NCBI RefSeq assembly: GCF_000315625.1
Contig: NW_005434651.1
Coordinates: 58,195-91,029 of the forward strand
Direction: 5' to 3'
Length of the DNA: 32,835 nucleotides
DNA from: Guillardia theta CCMP2712
Taxonomy: Eukaryota; Protista; Cryptophyta
The translations under genes and the position numbers were made by a program. Shown piece after piece: positions 1 through 10,904 of this stretch (positions within the stretch are counted from its first letter, which is position 1; each line of letters begins with the position of its first letter). The notes below the pieces were generated by a model. That model worked only from the letters and a program-made list of their open reading frames with translations, made no database searches and was not told the DNA's origin.

Positions 1-57
1 CCTCCTCCTCCTCCTCCTCCTCCTCCTCCTCCTCCTCCTCCTCCTCCTCCTCCTTCC
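1..57. repeat. (CCT)n microsatellite
   Basis: Near-perfect cct trinucleotide run at the window start. Confidence 0.95.
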
Positions 58-143
58 TCGTTCTCAGCTCCTCTTTGAGATACTATCCTGCAGGAGATCC
101 GATGACCTGGAGGATCGCTCCTCCTCACCCGCAGCGAGTGACG

Positions 144-3100
144 CCCAATACCATGATGCAGACAAGATTTCTTCCTCCTCAGGTTCCTACCCCTACCCCT
201 ACACCTTCCCCTTCCCTTTCCCTTCCTCTGCCCCTGCCCCTTCCCCTGCCCCTTCCCTTTCTCCTTCTTCTGCCCCTGCCCCTGCTCTTGTACCTGCTTT
301 TGCTGAGAGAGCTCATCATTAATTTCCTGGATGGAACTGAAAAGTCCGATCTTACACGTGTACATAATGATACAATAGTGTTGATACAATTTCAATCTTT
401 AAATCCGATTACAAACTCTTACACTCCCTGCCTCTCTCCCTCTACTCCTCCCGTCTCCTCTGTCTTCCTTCCCCTCCCGTCTCTTCCTTCCTCCTCTCTT
501 TCCCCTCCCGTCTCTTCCTCCCGCACGCATCCTCCACTCTCTGCGCATTTCACACGTCTTGCCCCATCCTAGCCTGCATCGACGCCAGCAGCGCAAGTGA
601 AGGGTTCGTCGACGAGCAAACAGTGCGCTGAGCTCTAGATCGCAGCTTCGCTCGGTCTCCTATCCTCTCCACTCCCACCTCCTTCAGCTCCTGCTCGTTC
701 ATCGCCGCCAGCGCCTCGACATCGATCTTCTCTTCCTCAAACTTGGGCAGCAGCTCCTCCAGCCCGAGCTCCTTCAGCCAGGACTGGATCTTCTTCCTCG
801 ACGCCTCCTCCTCCCGTGCGCGCGATCCACCCACGGGCTGGTATGGCTCGTTATGCATCATCGAGAAGAGGAAGTTGTTAGCGATCTTCCGCTGCTTCCT
901 CATCCTCTTCTCTTCCAGGTTGCAACTCTCGTCAAGGTCATGGTTGTGCTCAGGCATGACGCGCAGAACGACCCAACCGGCGACCTCTCCCTCCACCTCG
1001 CTCACGTACTCGCACACCATCTCCCACTTGCAACAAGGCTTGTCGTACGCATGCCCCATCCCGTGCGTGCAGATATACTTCTTCTGCGTCCCCTTGAACC
1101 CTGTTGCCTTCCTCCTCGTCTCCCAGCGCGCCGGCCAGCAGCCGGGGTTGCCGTCAGGCTTCTCCTTGTCTCCCACGAACTGCTCCAGCTCGTCCATCTG
1201 CCAGCTCCTCTTCGCTTCCGGCGGTGACATGGTTGTGTTCCTCATCGACTTACCCGCCCTCAGGTCCGAGCGATGGTCAGCTTGCCGCAGCCTTGAGCCT
1301 GCATGGTCTCTGCTCTTGCTCCCTCCCTTCCCGTTGGACTTCTTCGTTCGCTTCTTCTGCTTCTTCTTGGAGGATCTTCATGACGAGTCTCCTCTGCCCC
1401 ACCGTCGGCATGAGGCACGGAGCAGCGATCGCGGTTGTTTTTCTCCTGCTCTTCTGCGATATGGTCCAGCATATCAGCGCTGGAGTCTGAGAGAACTTCT
1501 CGGTTGCCAGTGAAGCCATCGTCATGATCGTCTTCATGAATCACCGCTGCCATGTTCGCTCCTGTCTCCGTCATCTCTCAGTGCCTCCACCTCAGACCAC
1601 TGCTGGTTGTCGGCATGAGGATCTTGAACTGCCCTCAATTGGGGAGAGGGAATGTTTTTAGTCAAACTGGGCTTTGAAGCGAGACAGTTAAATACTGATA
1701 TCCAATCGTTCATAGTGGTTTCCAACTGCCCTTGTGCTGAGAGGAGTTCGTACTAGATTTTCGGCCTAGACCCTTCAGTTTCAAATTTCCCCTGTCCTGT
1801 TTCAATCCTCCCCCTGCTGGTTTCGCCGGCTGAACAGTTCCCGGCTGCCAGCCCAATGGCCGGCAGCGGCAGCTGAAAATGCAGACAGCGCCGTCCTGAC
1901 GCGACGACACCCTCTGTTGTCCACTACGTGTGATCCTCCCCCTCCCTCTTCTCCCCTGTCGTGTACTCCCTTACTAGAAACGAAGCCTGTCGAACCCTCT
2001 TCTGCCAACTTCGCCTATCCCCATCTTTCCATACCTCAACTCAGACACGTATCTTCTCTCCCATTGGACCTTCGAGTACTCTTATCCCCCTCCTCGTCTC
2101 GAGTCCTTATCTTCAGATCTCAACGAGTTGCATCCAGCCATCACCATGGCAGAGTGTGTACTGGAGATGGTGCAATCTATTCTCGTTAGCATGTGGAATG
2201 AAGCACGTATGGTGATGACCAATCAGGAGCAGCTGCAGAGCCTGGCTTCGGATGTGAAGGATGTCATGAGCCCGCTCCTCGAGCTTTTGCGTCGAAGCCT
2301 TCGCATAGATCAAGAGCAGCAGGTAGGCTTCGCCCTCAACCGTGTCTACTTCACCCTGTCGTCGGTGCTCGCATTCATCAAGATGAAGGCGGGGGGTCGA
2401 TCAGAGTCGTCTGTGACGCTGGAGGGCAAACCAGATGCCGAGCTTGGCGGAAAGCGAGCGGAGATGTACTTCGCGGTAGAAGCCTTGATGCAGGCCCTGC
2501 AGGGCGAAGGCGGCACGGCCATGAGCGAAGCAGGGGACGGGAAGCAAGACGAGGTGGTAACCAGCAAGCCAGCATACAGGAGGATGAAGGAGGCAGCCGA
2601 GCAGCTGGCAGCTGAAGCCGACATCTTCTCTTCCTCAGAGGCTGAGGAGAGCGACGGGACGCGCCATCCATGGTGTCTGAATCCCTTGGAGCTGCAGGTT
2701 GAGCGAAACAGTCGTGGCAAACCAAAGCATGTGCTGGGGTCCGGAGGGTTTGCGGTCGTGTACCGGGCCTCGTATCAAGGCACGGAGGTTGCGGTCAAGG
2801 AGCCTCATAATCCTCGCGATCTTGAAGGCAGCAAGCTGATGCGGAAAGCATTCTTCAGAGAGGCCAACAACCTCTTCAGAATACATCATCGCAACGTGAT
2901 AGAGCTGGTCGGAGCCATGGTCGTGGACGAGGAAGGGAACCCTTGCTTCCTGCTGGTCACCGAGCTACTGCGGCGACCCCTCACCGAGTACATCGAGGAG
3001 ACGATGAAGCCAGCGAGTGAGAGCGAGCGAAGAGCGCGGGGCCACGTGGTGATGCTTGGACTGGCGGAGGGTCTGGCGTACCTGCACTCTATGCGCATCA

Positions 3101-3621
3101 TCCATAGGGACATCAAGCCCCAGAACATCATGCTTGACGACAAGGACATCCCAAAACTCATCGACTTTGGGCTCTCAAAGGAGAAGGAAGAGATTGCTCA
3201 TTCCAAAGGAAGCACTAGGCTTGCAGGAACAATGAGCTGGATGTCGCCAGAGAAGCGACGAAGCAAGCCTACGTCCACCGCATCTGACGTGTACGCCCTC
3301 GGGCTGGTGATGATGAATGTGATGACGCTTGAGACGCCGCCGGAGAGCCAGGAGGAGCGCGAGAAGCTGCTCAAGGAAACGAGTGACAAGGGAGTGAGCG
3401 GGCAGGTGTCGCTATGGTGCATACACGAGGACCCGTCGAGGAGGCCGACGGCGGCTACTGTTGCAATGAGCTTGACGATGGACCGAGATCTATGCGGGGG
3501 AGGGGAAGTGCTGACAGGTGAGTCGAAGGTGTAAATAAGGAAGGATTGTTTTGTAAGAGACTTGTATAGGAGGCGATCGGCAAGTATCAGATACCACCGA
3601 TGACGGAGAAACTATTGTTCG
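144..3621 (+). repeat. Segmental direct duplication, copy A (~3.45 kb; partner at 13637-17087)
   Basis: Sequence from cccaatacc(a/c)gatgcagacaagatttc through the SAM gene, the intergenic region, kinase exon 1 and the intron is near-identical to 13637-17087. Similarity collapses at the start of the WD40 array. Confidence 0.93.
550..1574 (-). CDS. FAR1/MULE-like (WRKY-GCM1 fold) Zn-finger + C-terminal SAM domain protein, copy A (exon structure uncertain)
   Basis: ORF 550-1245 contains YICTHG...CCKWEMVCEY...GWVVLRVMPEHNHDL (C..C..W.V...HNH.L pattern of FAR1/AFT-type domains) and IQSWLKELGLEELLPKFEEEKIDVEALAAMNEQELKEVGVERIGDRAKL (classic SAM). The upstream MTETGAN ORF (1260-1574) is out of frame here but in frame in copy B. 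Confidence 0.7.
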
Positions 3622-4771
3622 ATGGCAGGAACGTTGCTCATTTCATGGACATTTTCGTCAGATTTTGATAGTCTCATTGTCAAGGGATGGCAGTAAGGTT
3701 GTAACAGGGCTAGATGACAACACTGCAAGAGTCTGGGAGGCAAGCAGTGGTAGGCAATCTGTTTGCTTTGAAGGACACACGAGAAATGTCAAATGTTGCG
3801 TATGGACTTGTGATGGAGGATTGATTGCATCGGGCTCTGATGACAAAACGGTGAGAGTGTGGGAGGCGAGCAGCGGTAAACAAATCAGCTGCTGTAGAGG
3901 ACACACAGATGGAGTTACTACCGTGGTATGGTCTGGCGATGAAAAGCTTGTTGTAGCTGGATCTTGGGATTCAACTATAAGGGTATGGGATGCGAGGGCT
4001 GGGAGGCAAATCAGCTGCTTGAAGGGGCATACAGATGGTATCTATAGCGTGTCGTTGTCGTGGGACTCGAGGATGATCGCTTCAGGCTCAGATGACCGCA
4101 CCGTGAGGATATGGGATGTGAGCAGTGGCAAGCAGCTGAGATGCTGTAGAGAGCACAATGGCAGCGTCACTTGTGTCTCGTGGTCAGAAGATGGAAGGAT
4201 GATTGCCTCCGGATCAGATGACGGGACTGTGGGGGTGTGGGAGGCGAGCAGTGGTAACTTAATCAGCTGTTGTGAAGGTCATGAGGGTAGTGTAATGATA
4301 GTTGCTTGGTCAAGAGATGGAAGGATGATTGCCTCCGGATCAGATGACGGGACTGTGGGGGTGTGGGAGGCGAGCAGTGGTAACTTAATCAGCTGTTGTG
4401 AAGGTCATGAGGGTAGTGTAATGATAGTTGCTTGGTCAAGAGATGGAAGGATGATTGCCTCCGGATCAGATGACGGGACTGTGAGGGTGTGGGAGGCGAG
4501 CAGTGGGAGGCCTATAAGATCATGCAAGGAGAAAACAGATTTTGTCAACAATGTCTCAGGAGCTGTGAGATTGATTGAGACAACGAGTGGGAAGCTGGGT
4601 TATCAGATTGACCGTTCGGAAGGACCTCGTCCGTTTCCTACTCATATTGCATGGCTGGGAAATGGACAGCTGATCGCTTCGGGCACTGATGATCAAAAAG
4701 TTCGTCTCTGGGAAGGGATGTTTTTTGAATTGAAGGAGATGAGGAGGTCGAAGCGCTTGAAGACGGCATGA
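2146..4771 (+). CDS. MLKL-like helical NTD - protein kinase - WD40 protein, copy 1 (exons 2146-3517, 3570-4771)
   Basis: Kinase motifs GSGGFAVV, VAVK, HRDIKPQN, DFG, WMSPE, SDVYALG. A 52-nt phase-1 intron ACAG|GTGAGT...TGTATAG|GA (3518-3569) joins in frame (GGDRQVSDTTDDGETIVRWQERCSFHGH) to the WD40 ORF 3665-4771, which has about 8 GH..WE/WD repeats. Confidence 0.88.
4189..4506 (+). repeat. 126-bp (one WD40 unit) tandem repeat, about 2.5 copies
   Basis: Units start at 4189, 4315 and 4441 (agatggaaggatgattgcctccggatcagatgacggg...); the first two are identical. Confidence 0.95.
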
Positions 4772-5204
4772 TGACTGGCAACGAATCAGGACCGAAACAT
4801 TGAAGTCATGCATTCACTGACTTCCAGTGACAGTGAGGGATATCATATGATCTGATGGCGATTAAGATTGGTGAAACAACTGTCATAATTGTTGCGCAAG
4901 TATAAATTAGCGATCAAGCAGGCTTGACAGTACTCAGTAAAAAGTAACTCAGTTATGGTTTCAGCGTGTTTCATGTATGGCCCTCATGCAATGGTTCTGC
5001 TGAGTTGCTCTATGGAAGAAAGACTCCATTTGTTTGAGTTGTATGATACTCATTTACGCTCTCGTTCTCTCGATCGCGTTGAAAATATTTGATGCCGCAA
5101 GCATTTCTCTAAGAACTCTTTGTTTTTACCGCTGCAACGTTTACAGCCCCGTCATGAGAGGAGCAGGTTTTGTCTGATTTCCATCATACTTTCTGTGTGC
5201 ATTC

Positions 5205-7704
5205 TCATGCTCTCATTCTTTTACCCGATTGTAATTGCCCTTTCATCTCCTCTGCATCGCCATCTTCGTTATCACTCCCTGCTCTTCCTCTTCTCCTCTT
5301 TTTTGACAGCCATTCTCTCCAATTGATGCTTACGCGTTTAGGACTCCTGACCCATAGAATGCCTTGCCATATCTTGATTGTCCTGTCCCAGGACCCAGAT
5401 GCAATCACTCTCCCATTCCACGACCATGATACGCATGACACACCACTCGCATGACCTCTCAAATACCAGATTCTCTTGCCTGTGACGACCTCCCATATTC
5501 GCAAGGTTTTGTCCCATGAGCTTGATGCGATCATCCTTGCATCGCCCGACCATGACACACTGGTAACAACGTGTGTATGTCCCTCACAGCAGCTCATCTG
5601 TCTGCCCCCCTGTACCTCCCATATTCTCACAGTATTGTCGTGTGAACCTGATGCAATCATCTTGCTATCTGCAGAAAATGATACGCAGGTGACAGAGTGG
5701 GTGTGACCTTCTAGACAAGTCATCTCGCTTCCACTGCTTGCTTCCCATATTCTAATAGTCCCATCTTCGGATCCTGAAGCAATCATCTTCCCATCTCCCG
5801 ACCATGACACGCTAGTAACTTTGTTATTCGTACCTTGCAGGCGAAGAATTTCTCTCCCATTACTCACCTCCCACACTCTTAAAGTTTCGTCATTTGAACC
5901 CGAGACAACCAATCTCCCATCTGCCGACCATGATACACTTTTGACACAGTCTGTATGTCCCAAAAGACAGCTGATTTGATTTCGACTATTCGCATCCCAT
6001 ATCCTTATTGACCGGTCGTCTGAGCTCGAGGCAATAAATCTTCCATCAGCTGACCAAGAAACACAGTTCACGATGCCCGAGTGACCTCGAAAGCATGCAA
6101 CCTCCTGGTAAGTGTTTGGATCCCATAATCTCACAGTCTCATCAGCTGACCCAGACACTATGAACTTTCCGTCCCATGACCAGCAAACACTGCACACGCT
6201 GCCAATGTCTCCACGCAAACAGCTGTTGTACCTCCATTGAACCATATTGTCATCTTCTTCAGAACCCCTGATTAAACTCCCTCCCCTCCCTACAAAACAA
6301 AAGAATTAGCCCAAGAAATCCAAGCATGTTTTGACCTTTAAGAACCTGACCTCCCCCGCATAGATCTCGGTCCATCGTCAAGCTCATTGCAACAGTAGCC
6401 GCCGTCGGCCTCCTCGACGGGTCCTCGTGTATGCACCATAGCGACACCTGCCCGCTCACTCCCTTGTCACTCGTTTCCTTGAGCAGCTTCTCGCGCTCCT
6501 CCTGGCTCTCCGGCGGCGTCTCAAGCGTCATCACATTCATCATCACCAGCCCGAGGGCGTACACGTCAGATGCGGTTGTTGAGGGCTCGCCTCGTCGCTT
6601 CTCTGGCGACATCCAATCTAGAGTGCCTCCCCCTGCACTGTGCACTGGTGCAACCATGGATTGTTTCTCCTTCGAAAGCCCCAGGTCGATGAGTTTTGGG
6701 ATGTCCTTGTCGTCAAGCATGATGTTCTGGGGCTTGATGTCCCTATGGATGATGCGCATAGAGTGCAGGTACGCCAGACCCTCCGCCAGTCCAAGCATCA
6801 CCACGTGGCCCCGCGCTCTTCGCTCGCTCTCACTCGCTGGCTTCATCGTCTCCTCGATGTACTCGGTGAGGGGTCGCCGCAGTAGCTCGGTGACCAGCAG
6901 GAAGCAAGGGTTCCCTTCCTCGTCCACGACCATGGCTCCGACCAGCTCTATCACGTTGCGATGATGTATTCTGAAGAGGTTGTTGGCCTCTCTGAAGAAT
7001 GCTTTCCGCATCAGCTTGCTGCCTTCAAGATCGCAAGGATTATGAGGCTCCTTGACCGCAACCTCCGTGCCTTGATACGAGGCCCGGTACACGACCGCAA
7101 ACCCTCCGGACCCCAGCACATGCTTTGGTTGGCCACGACTGTTTCGCTCAACCTGCAGCTCCAAGGGATTCAGACACCATGGATGGCGCGTCCCGTCGCT
7201 CTCCTCAGCCTCTGAGGAAGAGAAGATGTCGGCTTCAGCTGCCAGCTGCTCGGCTGCCTCCTTCATCCTCCTGTATGCTGGCTTGCTGGTTACCACCTCG
7301 TCTTGCTTCCCGTCCCCTGCTTCGCTCATGGCCGTGCCGCCTTCGCCCTGCAGGGCCTGCATCAAGGCTTCTACCGCGAAGTACATCTCCGCTCGCTTTC
7401 CGCCAAGCTCGGCATCTAGTTTGCCCTCCAGCGTCACAGACGACTCTGATCGACCCCCCGCCTTCATCTTGATGAATGCGAGCACCGACGACAGGGTGAA
7501 GTAGACACGGTTGAGGGCGAAGCCTACCTGCTGCTCTTGATCTATGCGAAGGCTTCGACGCAAAAGCTCGAGGAGCGGGCTCATGACATCCTTCACATCC
7601 GAAGCCAGGCTCTGCAGCTGCTCCTGATTGGCCATCGCCAAGTGTGCTTCATTCCACATGCTAACGAGAATAGATTGTACCATTCCGTGAACGCTCTCTG
7701 CCAT
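5205..7704 (-). CDS. MLKL-like helical NTD - protein kinase - WD40 protein, copy 2 (exons 7704-6336, 6289-5205)
   Basis: Kinase ORF 6259-7704 (DLG variant). A putative 46-nt intron AAAG|GTCAAA...GCTAAT...TTTGTAG|GG (6335-6290) joins in frame (GRGGSLIRGSEEDDNMVQW) to ORF 5205-6245 with 7 WD40 repeats. The donor site is weaker than in the other copies. Confidence 0.82.
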
Positions 7705-9655
7705 GTTGGGAATCTAGGCAAGGAAAGCAAATCAGATCGAATTAAGAAGGTTTAGGAGTATGGGGGAGTAATGCGGACGGATTTGATTGGGATTTGGGAA
7801 TAGATTGTGAAGATGTCATGACTACATCTTTTTGAAGGCAGCACAGATGAGTCATGTAGAAGGGGATGAGACGCTTTGGCGATGTTGCATGCGAAGGAGA
7901 CGCATTCTAACAAGAGTCAGGTAGTTGCACTGTAGGTGGGCAGGCAGATGGAGAGGACTTGCAGGGATTGACGGTGTGATGCACACCCTCCATATGTGTA
8001 CCCCACCCTACGTTATGTCAATTTGGACCCCTACCCTTCTAGATGATTTCCTACCTACGTTGACCACCCACCCCTGCATCCATCCCCTCTATCCGAAAGG
8101 AACGCATCCTCTTCGGGCGCCCTCCTAGCTTCAACGTCACACTTCTCCATCATCCCCCGATCCCTCCAGACAATTGTTTCCCTTTATGTGCACAACACGA
8201 ACAGAAATCCAACCTTGACATGATTAACCCGCATTACTCCCCCATACTCCTAAACCTTCTTAATTCGATCTGATTTGCTTTCCTTGCCTAGATTCCCAAC
8301 ATGGCAGAGAGCGTTCACGGAATGGTACAATCTATTCTCGTTAGCATGTGGAATGAAGCACACTTGGCGATGGCCAATCAGGAGCAGCTGCAGAGCCTGG
8401 CTTCGGATGTGAAGGATGTCATGAGCCCGCTCCTCGAGCTTTTGCGTCGAAGCCTTCGCATAGATCAAGAGCAGCAGGTAGGCTTCGCCCTCAACCGTGT
8501 CTACTTCACCCTGTCGTCGGTGCTCGCATTCATCAAGATGAAGGCGGGGGGTCGATCAGAGTCGTCTGTGACGCTGGAGGGCAAACTAGATGCCGAGCTT
8601 GGCGGAAAGCGAGCGGAGATGTACTTCGCGGTAGAAGCCTTGATGCAGGCCCTGCAGGGCGAAGGCGGCACGGCCATGAGCGAAGCAGGGGACGGGAAGC
8701 AAGACGAGGTGGTAACCAGCAAGCCAGCATACAGGAGGATGAAGGAGGCAGCCGAGCAGCTGGCAGCTGAAGCCGACATCTTCTCTTCCTCAGAGGCTGA
8801 GGAGAGCGACGGGACGCGCCATCCATGGTGTCTGAATCCCTTGGAGCTGCAGGTTGAGCGAAACAGTCGTGGCCAACCAAAGCATGTGCTGGGGTCCGGA
8901 GGGTTTGCGGTCGTGTACCGGGCCTCGTATCAAGGCACGGAGGTTGCGGTCAAGGAGCCTCATAATCCTTGCGATCTTGAAGGCAGCAAGCTGATGCGGA
9001 AAGCATTCTTCAGAGAGGCCAACAACCTCTTCAGAATACATCATCGCAACGTGATAGAGCTGGTCGGAGCCATGGTCGTGGACGAGGAAGGGAACCCTTG
9101 CTTCCTGCTGGTCACCGAGCTACTGCGGCGACCCCTCACCGAGTACATCGAGGAGACGATGAAGCCAGCGAGTGAGAGCGAGCGAAGAGCGCGGGGCCAC
9201 GTGGTGATGCTTGGACTGGCGGAGGGTCTGGCGTACCTGCACTCTATGCGCATCATCCATAGGGACATCAAGCCCCAGAACATCATGCTTGACGACAAGG
9301 ACATCCCAAAACTCATCGACCTGGGGCTTTCGAAGGAGAAACAATCCATGGTTGCACCAGTGCACAGTGCAGGGGGAGGCACTCTAGATTGGATGTCGCC
9401 AGAGAAGCGACGAGGCGAGCCCTCAACAACCGCATCTGACGTGTACGCCCTCGGGCTGGTGATGATGAATGTGATGACGCTTGAGACGCCGCCGGAGAGC
9501 CAGGAGGAGCGCGAGAAGCTGCTCAAGGAAACGAGTGACAAGGGAGTGAGCGGGCAGGTGTCGCTATGGTGCATACACGAGGACCCGTCGAGGAGGCCGA
9601 CGGCGGCTACTGTTGCGATGAGCTTGACGATGGACCGAGATCTATGCGGGGGAGG
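6350..9655. repeat. Large inverted repeat: arms ~6350-7776 and 8229-9655 (~1.43 kb), 452-bp spacer
   Basis: Kinase exons of copies 2 and 3 plus about 70 bp of upstream sequence are reverse complements (7704 pairs with 8301, 7776 with 8229). The proteins are identical up to DLCGGG. Confidence 0.95.
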
Positions 9656-10710
9656 GGAAGTGCTGACCGGTGAGTCAATCAATGTCTTTGTTATTTTGAT
9701 GATGGTTTTGCTTGGGGGATCTTATTTAACCATTTCTAACAGGGGATTGTTTTGAGGGAAACAACAACCGATGTGATGATGATGAGATGCTTTTGTTGTG
9801 GAAAGAGGCGAAAACTCTTTCGGGTCATACCGATGTTGTCAACTGCGTTTCATGGTCGGGAGACGGGAAAATGATTGCTTCAGTGTCAGGGGATAAGACC
9901 TTGAGAATATGGGAGGCGAGCAGCGGCAGGCAAATCAGTTGTCTTGAAGGACATACAGACATAATCTGGTTCGTTTCTTGGTCAGGCCAAGGGGGACTGA
10001 TTGCGACTGCATCATCTGACAAGACTGTGAGAATATGGAACCCAGTTTCTGGTAAGGAACTTCGAATTCTCAGACACAAGAATCGAGTTAACTGTGTCTC
10101 GTGGTCTGGAGATGGAAAAAAGATTGTCTCCGGATGTTCAGACCACAAAGTGAGGATATGGGACGCAACTTTTGGATATGAAATCAAATGTTGTAAAGGG
10201 CATAGCCAGTTTGTCAGGTGCGTGGTATTTTCAAGCGATGGAAAGTTGGTCGTGTCGGGATCGATGGACAAGACCTTGAGGATGTGGGATGCGGTCACTG
10301 GCAAGGAAGTTCGATGCTGGAAGGCACACTCAAAGGGTATTAATAGTTTGTCGTTCTCACCAGATGGGAGCAAGATTGCATCCACTTCGTCAGACAACAC
10401 AGTGAAGGTCTGGGATGTTAGCAATGGAGATCAAGTACATTGTTTCGCAGGACACGAGGAAAAGGTTTTGTCAGCTTGTTGGTCAGCAGACGGTGGACTG
10501 ATCGCTTCGGGTTCGTCCGACAAGACGGTACGCTTGTGGGATGCGAGCAATGGACGAGCAATCCGATACCTGAAAGGACATACTTGGACTGTAGGAAGCG
10601 TTTCCTTCTCACAGAACAACATGATGATTGCCTCCGGTTCATCCGACAAGACCGTGAGAATTTGGGAAGCGACAGTATGGGTGCAGAGCAAACGCATGCG
10701 ACTCAAGTGA
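8301..10710 (+). CDS. MLKL-like helical NTD - protein kinase - WD40 protein, copy 3 (exons 8301-9669, 9743-10710)
   Basis: Kinase ORF (DLG variant). A 73-nt phase-1 intron ACCG|GTGAGT...TTCTAACAG|GG (9670-9742) joins in frame (GDCFEGNNNRCDDDEMLLLW) to ORF 9787-10710 with 7 WD40 repeats. Confidence 0.88.
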
Positions 10711-10904
10711 TGATGAATAGGGGAAAATAAGTTAGTGAAGATGAAATGATTGCTGAGAGTGATTGTAATGTTCTGAGTCAGAAACCCTCCAGCAGTGCTA
10801 GTCCGACCGCATGTGCCCTTCGCCCCCCCCTTCGCCCACCGCGTCTCGGGCACGGGGCTGGACGCCGCTTAGCTCAAGAACGTAATCGGCACGTCGCATC
10901 TGGC

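Noticed and set aside
743-1513. 256-aa + strand ORF, and the many antisense ORFs over kinases, WD40 and HEAT genes
   Set aside because: Shadow ORFs opposite genuine GC-rich coding sequence, with no recognisable motifs.
3166-3276. Diversity-generating retroelement (TR/VR) as the source of hypervariability
   Set aside because: Differences are not adenine-specific, include indels, and no reverse transcriptase is present in the window.
4189-4506. CRISPR-like repeat array
   Set aside because: These are coding 126-bp WD40 units with no spacers, in a eukaryotic context with no cas genes.
3665-4771. WD40 ORFs as standalone genes separate from the kinases
   Set aside because: Splice sites at the same protein position join them in frame in all four copies, and the ORF starts in copies 1 and 4 are TTG within a repeat.
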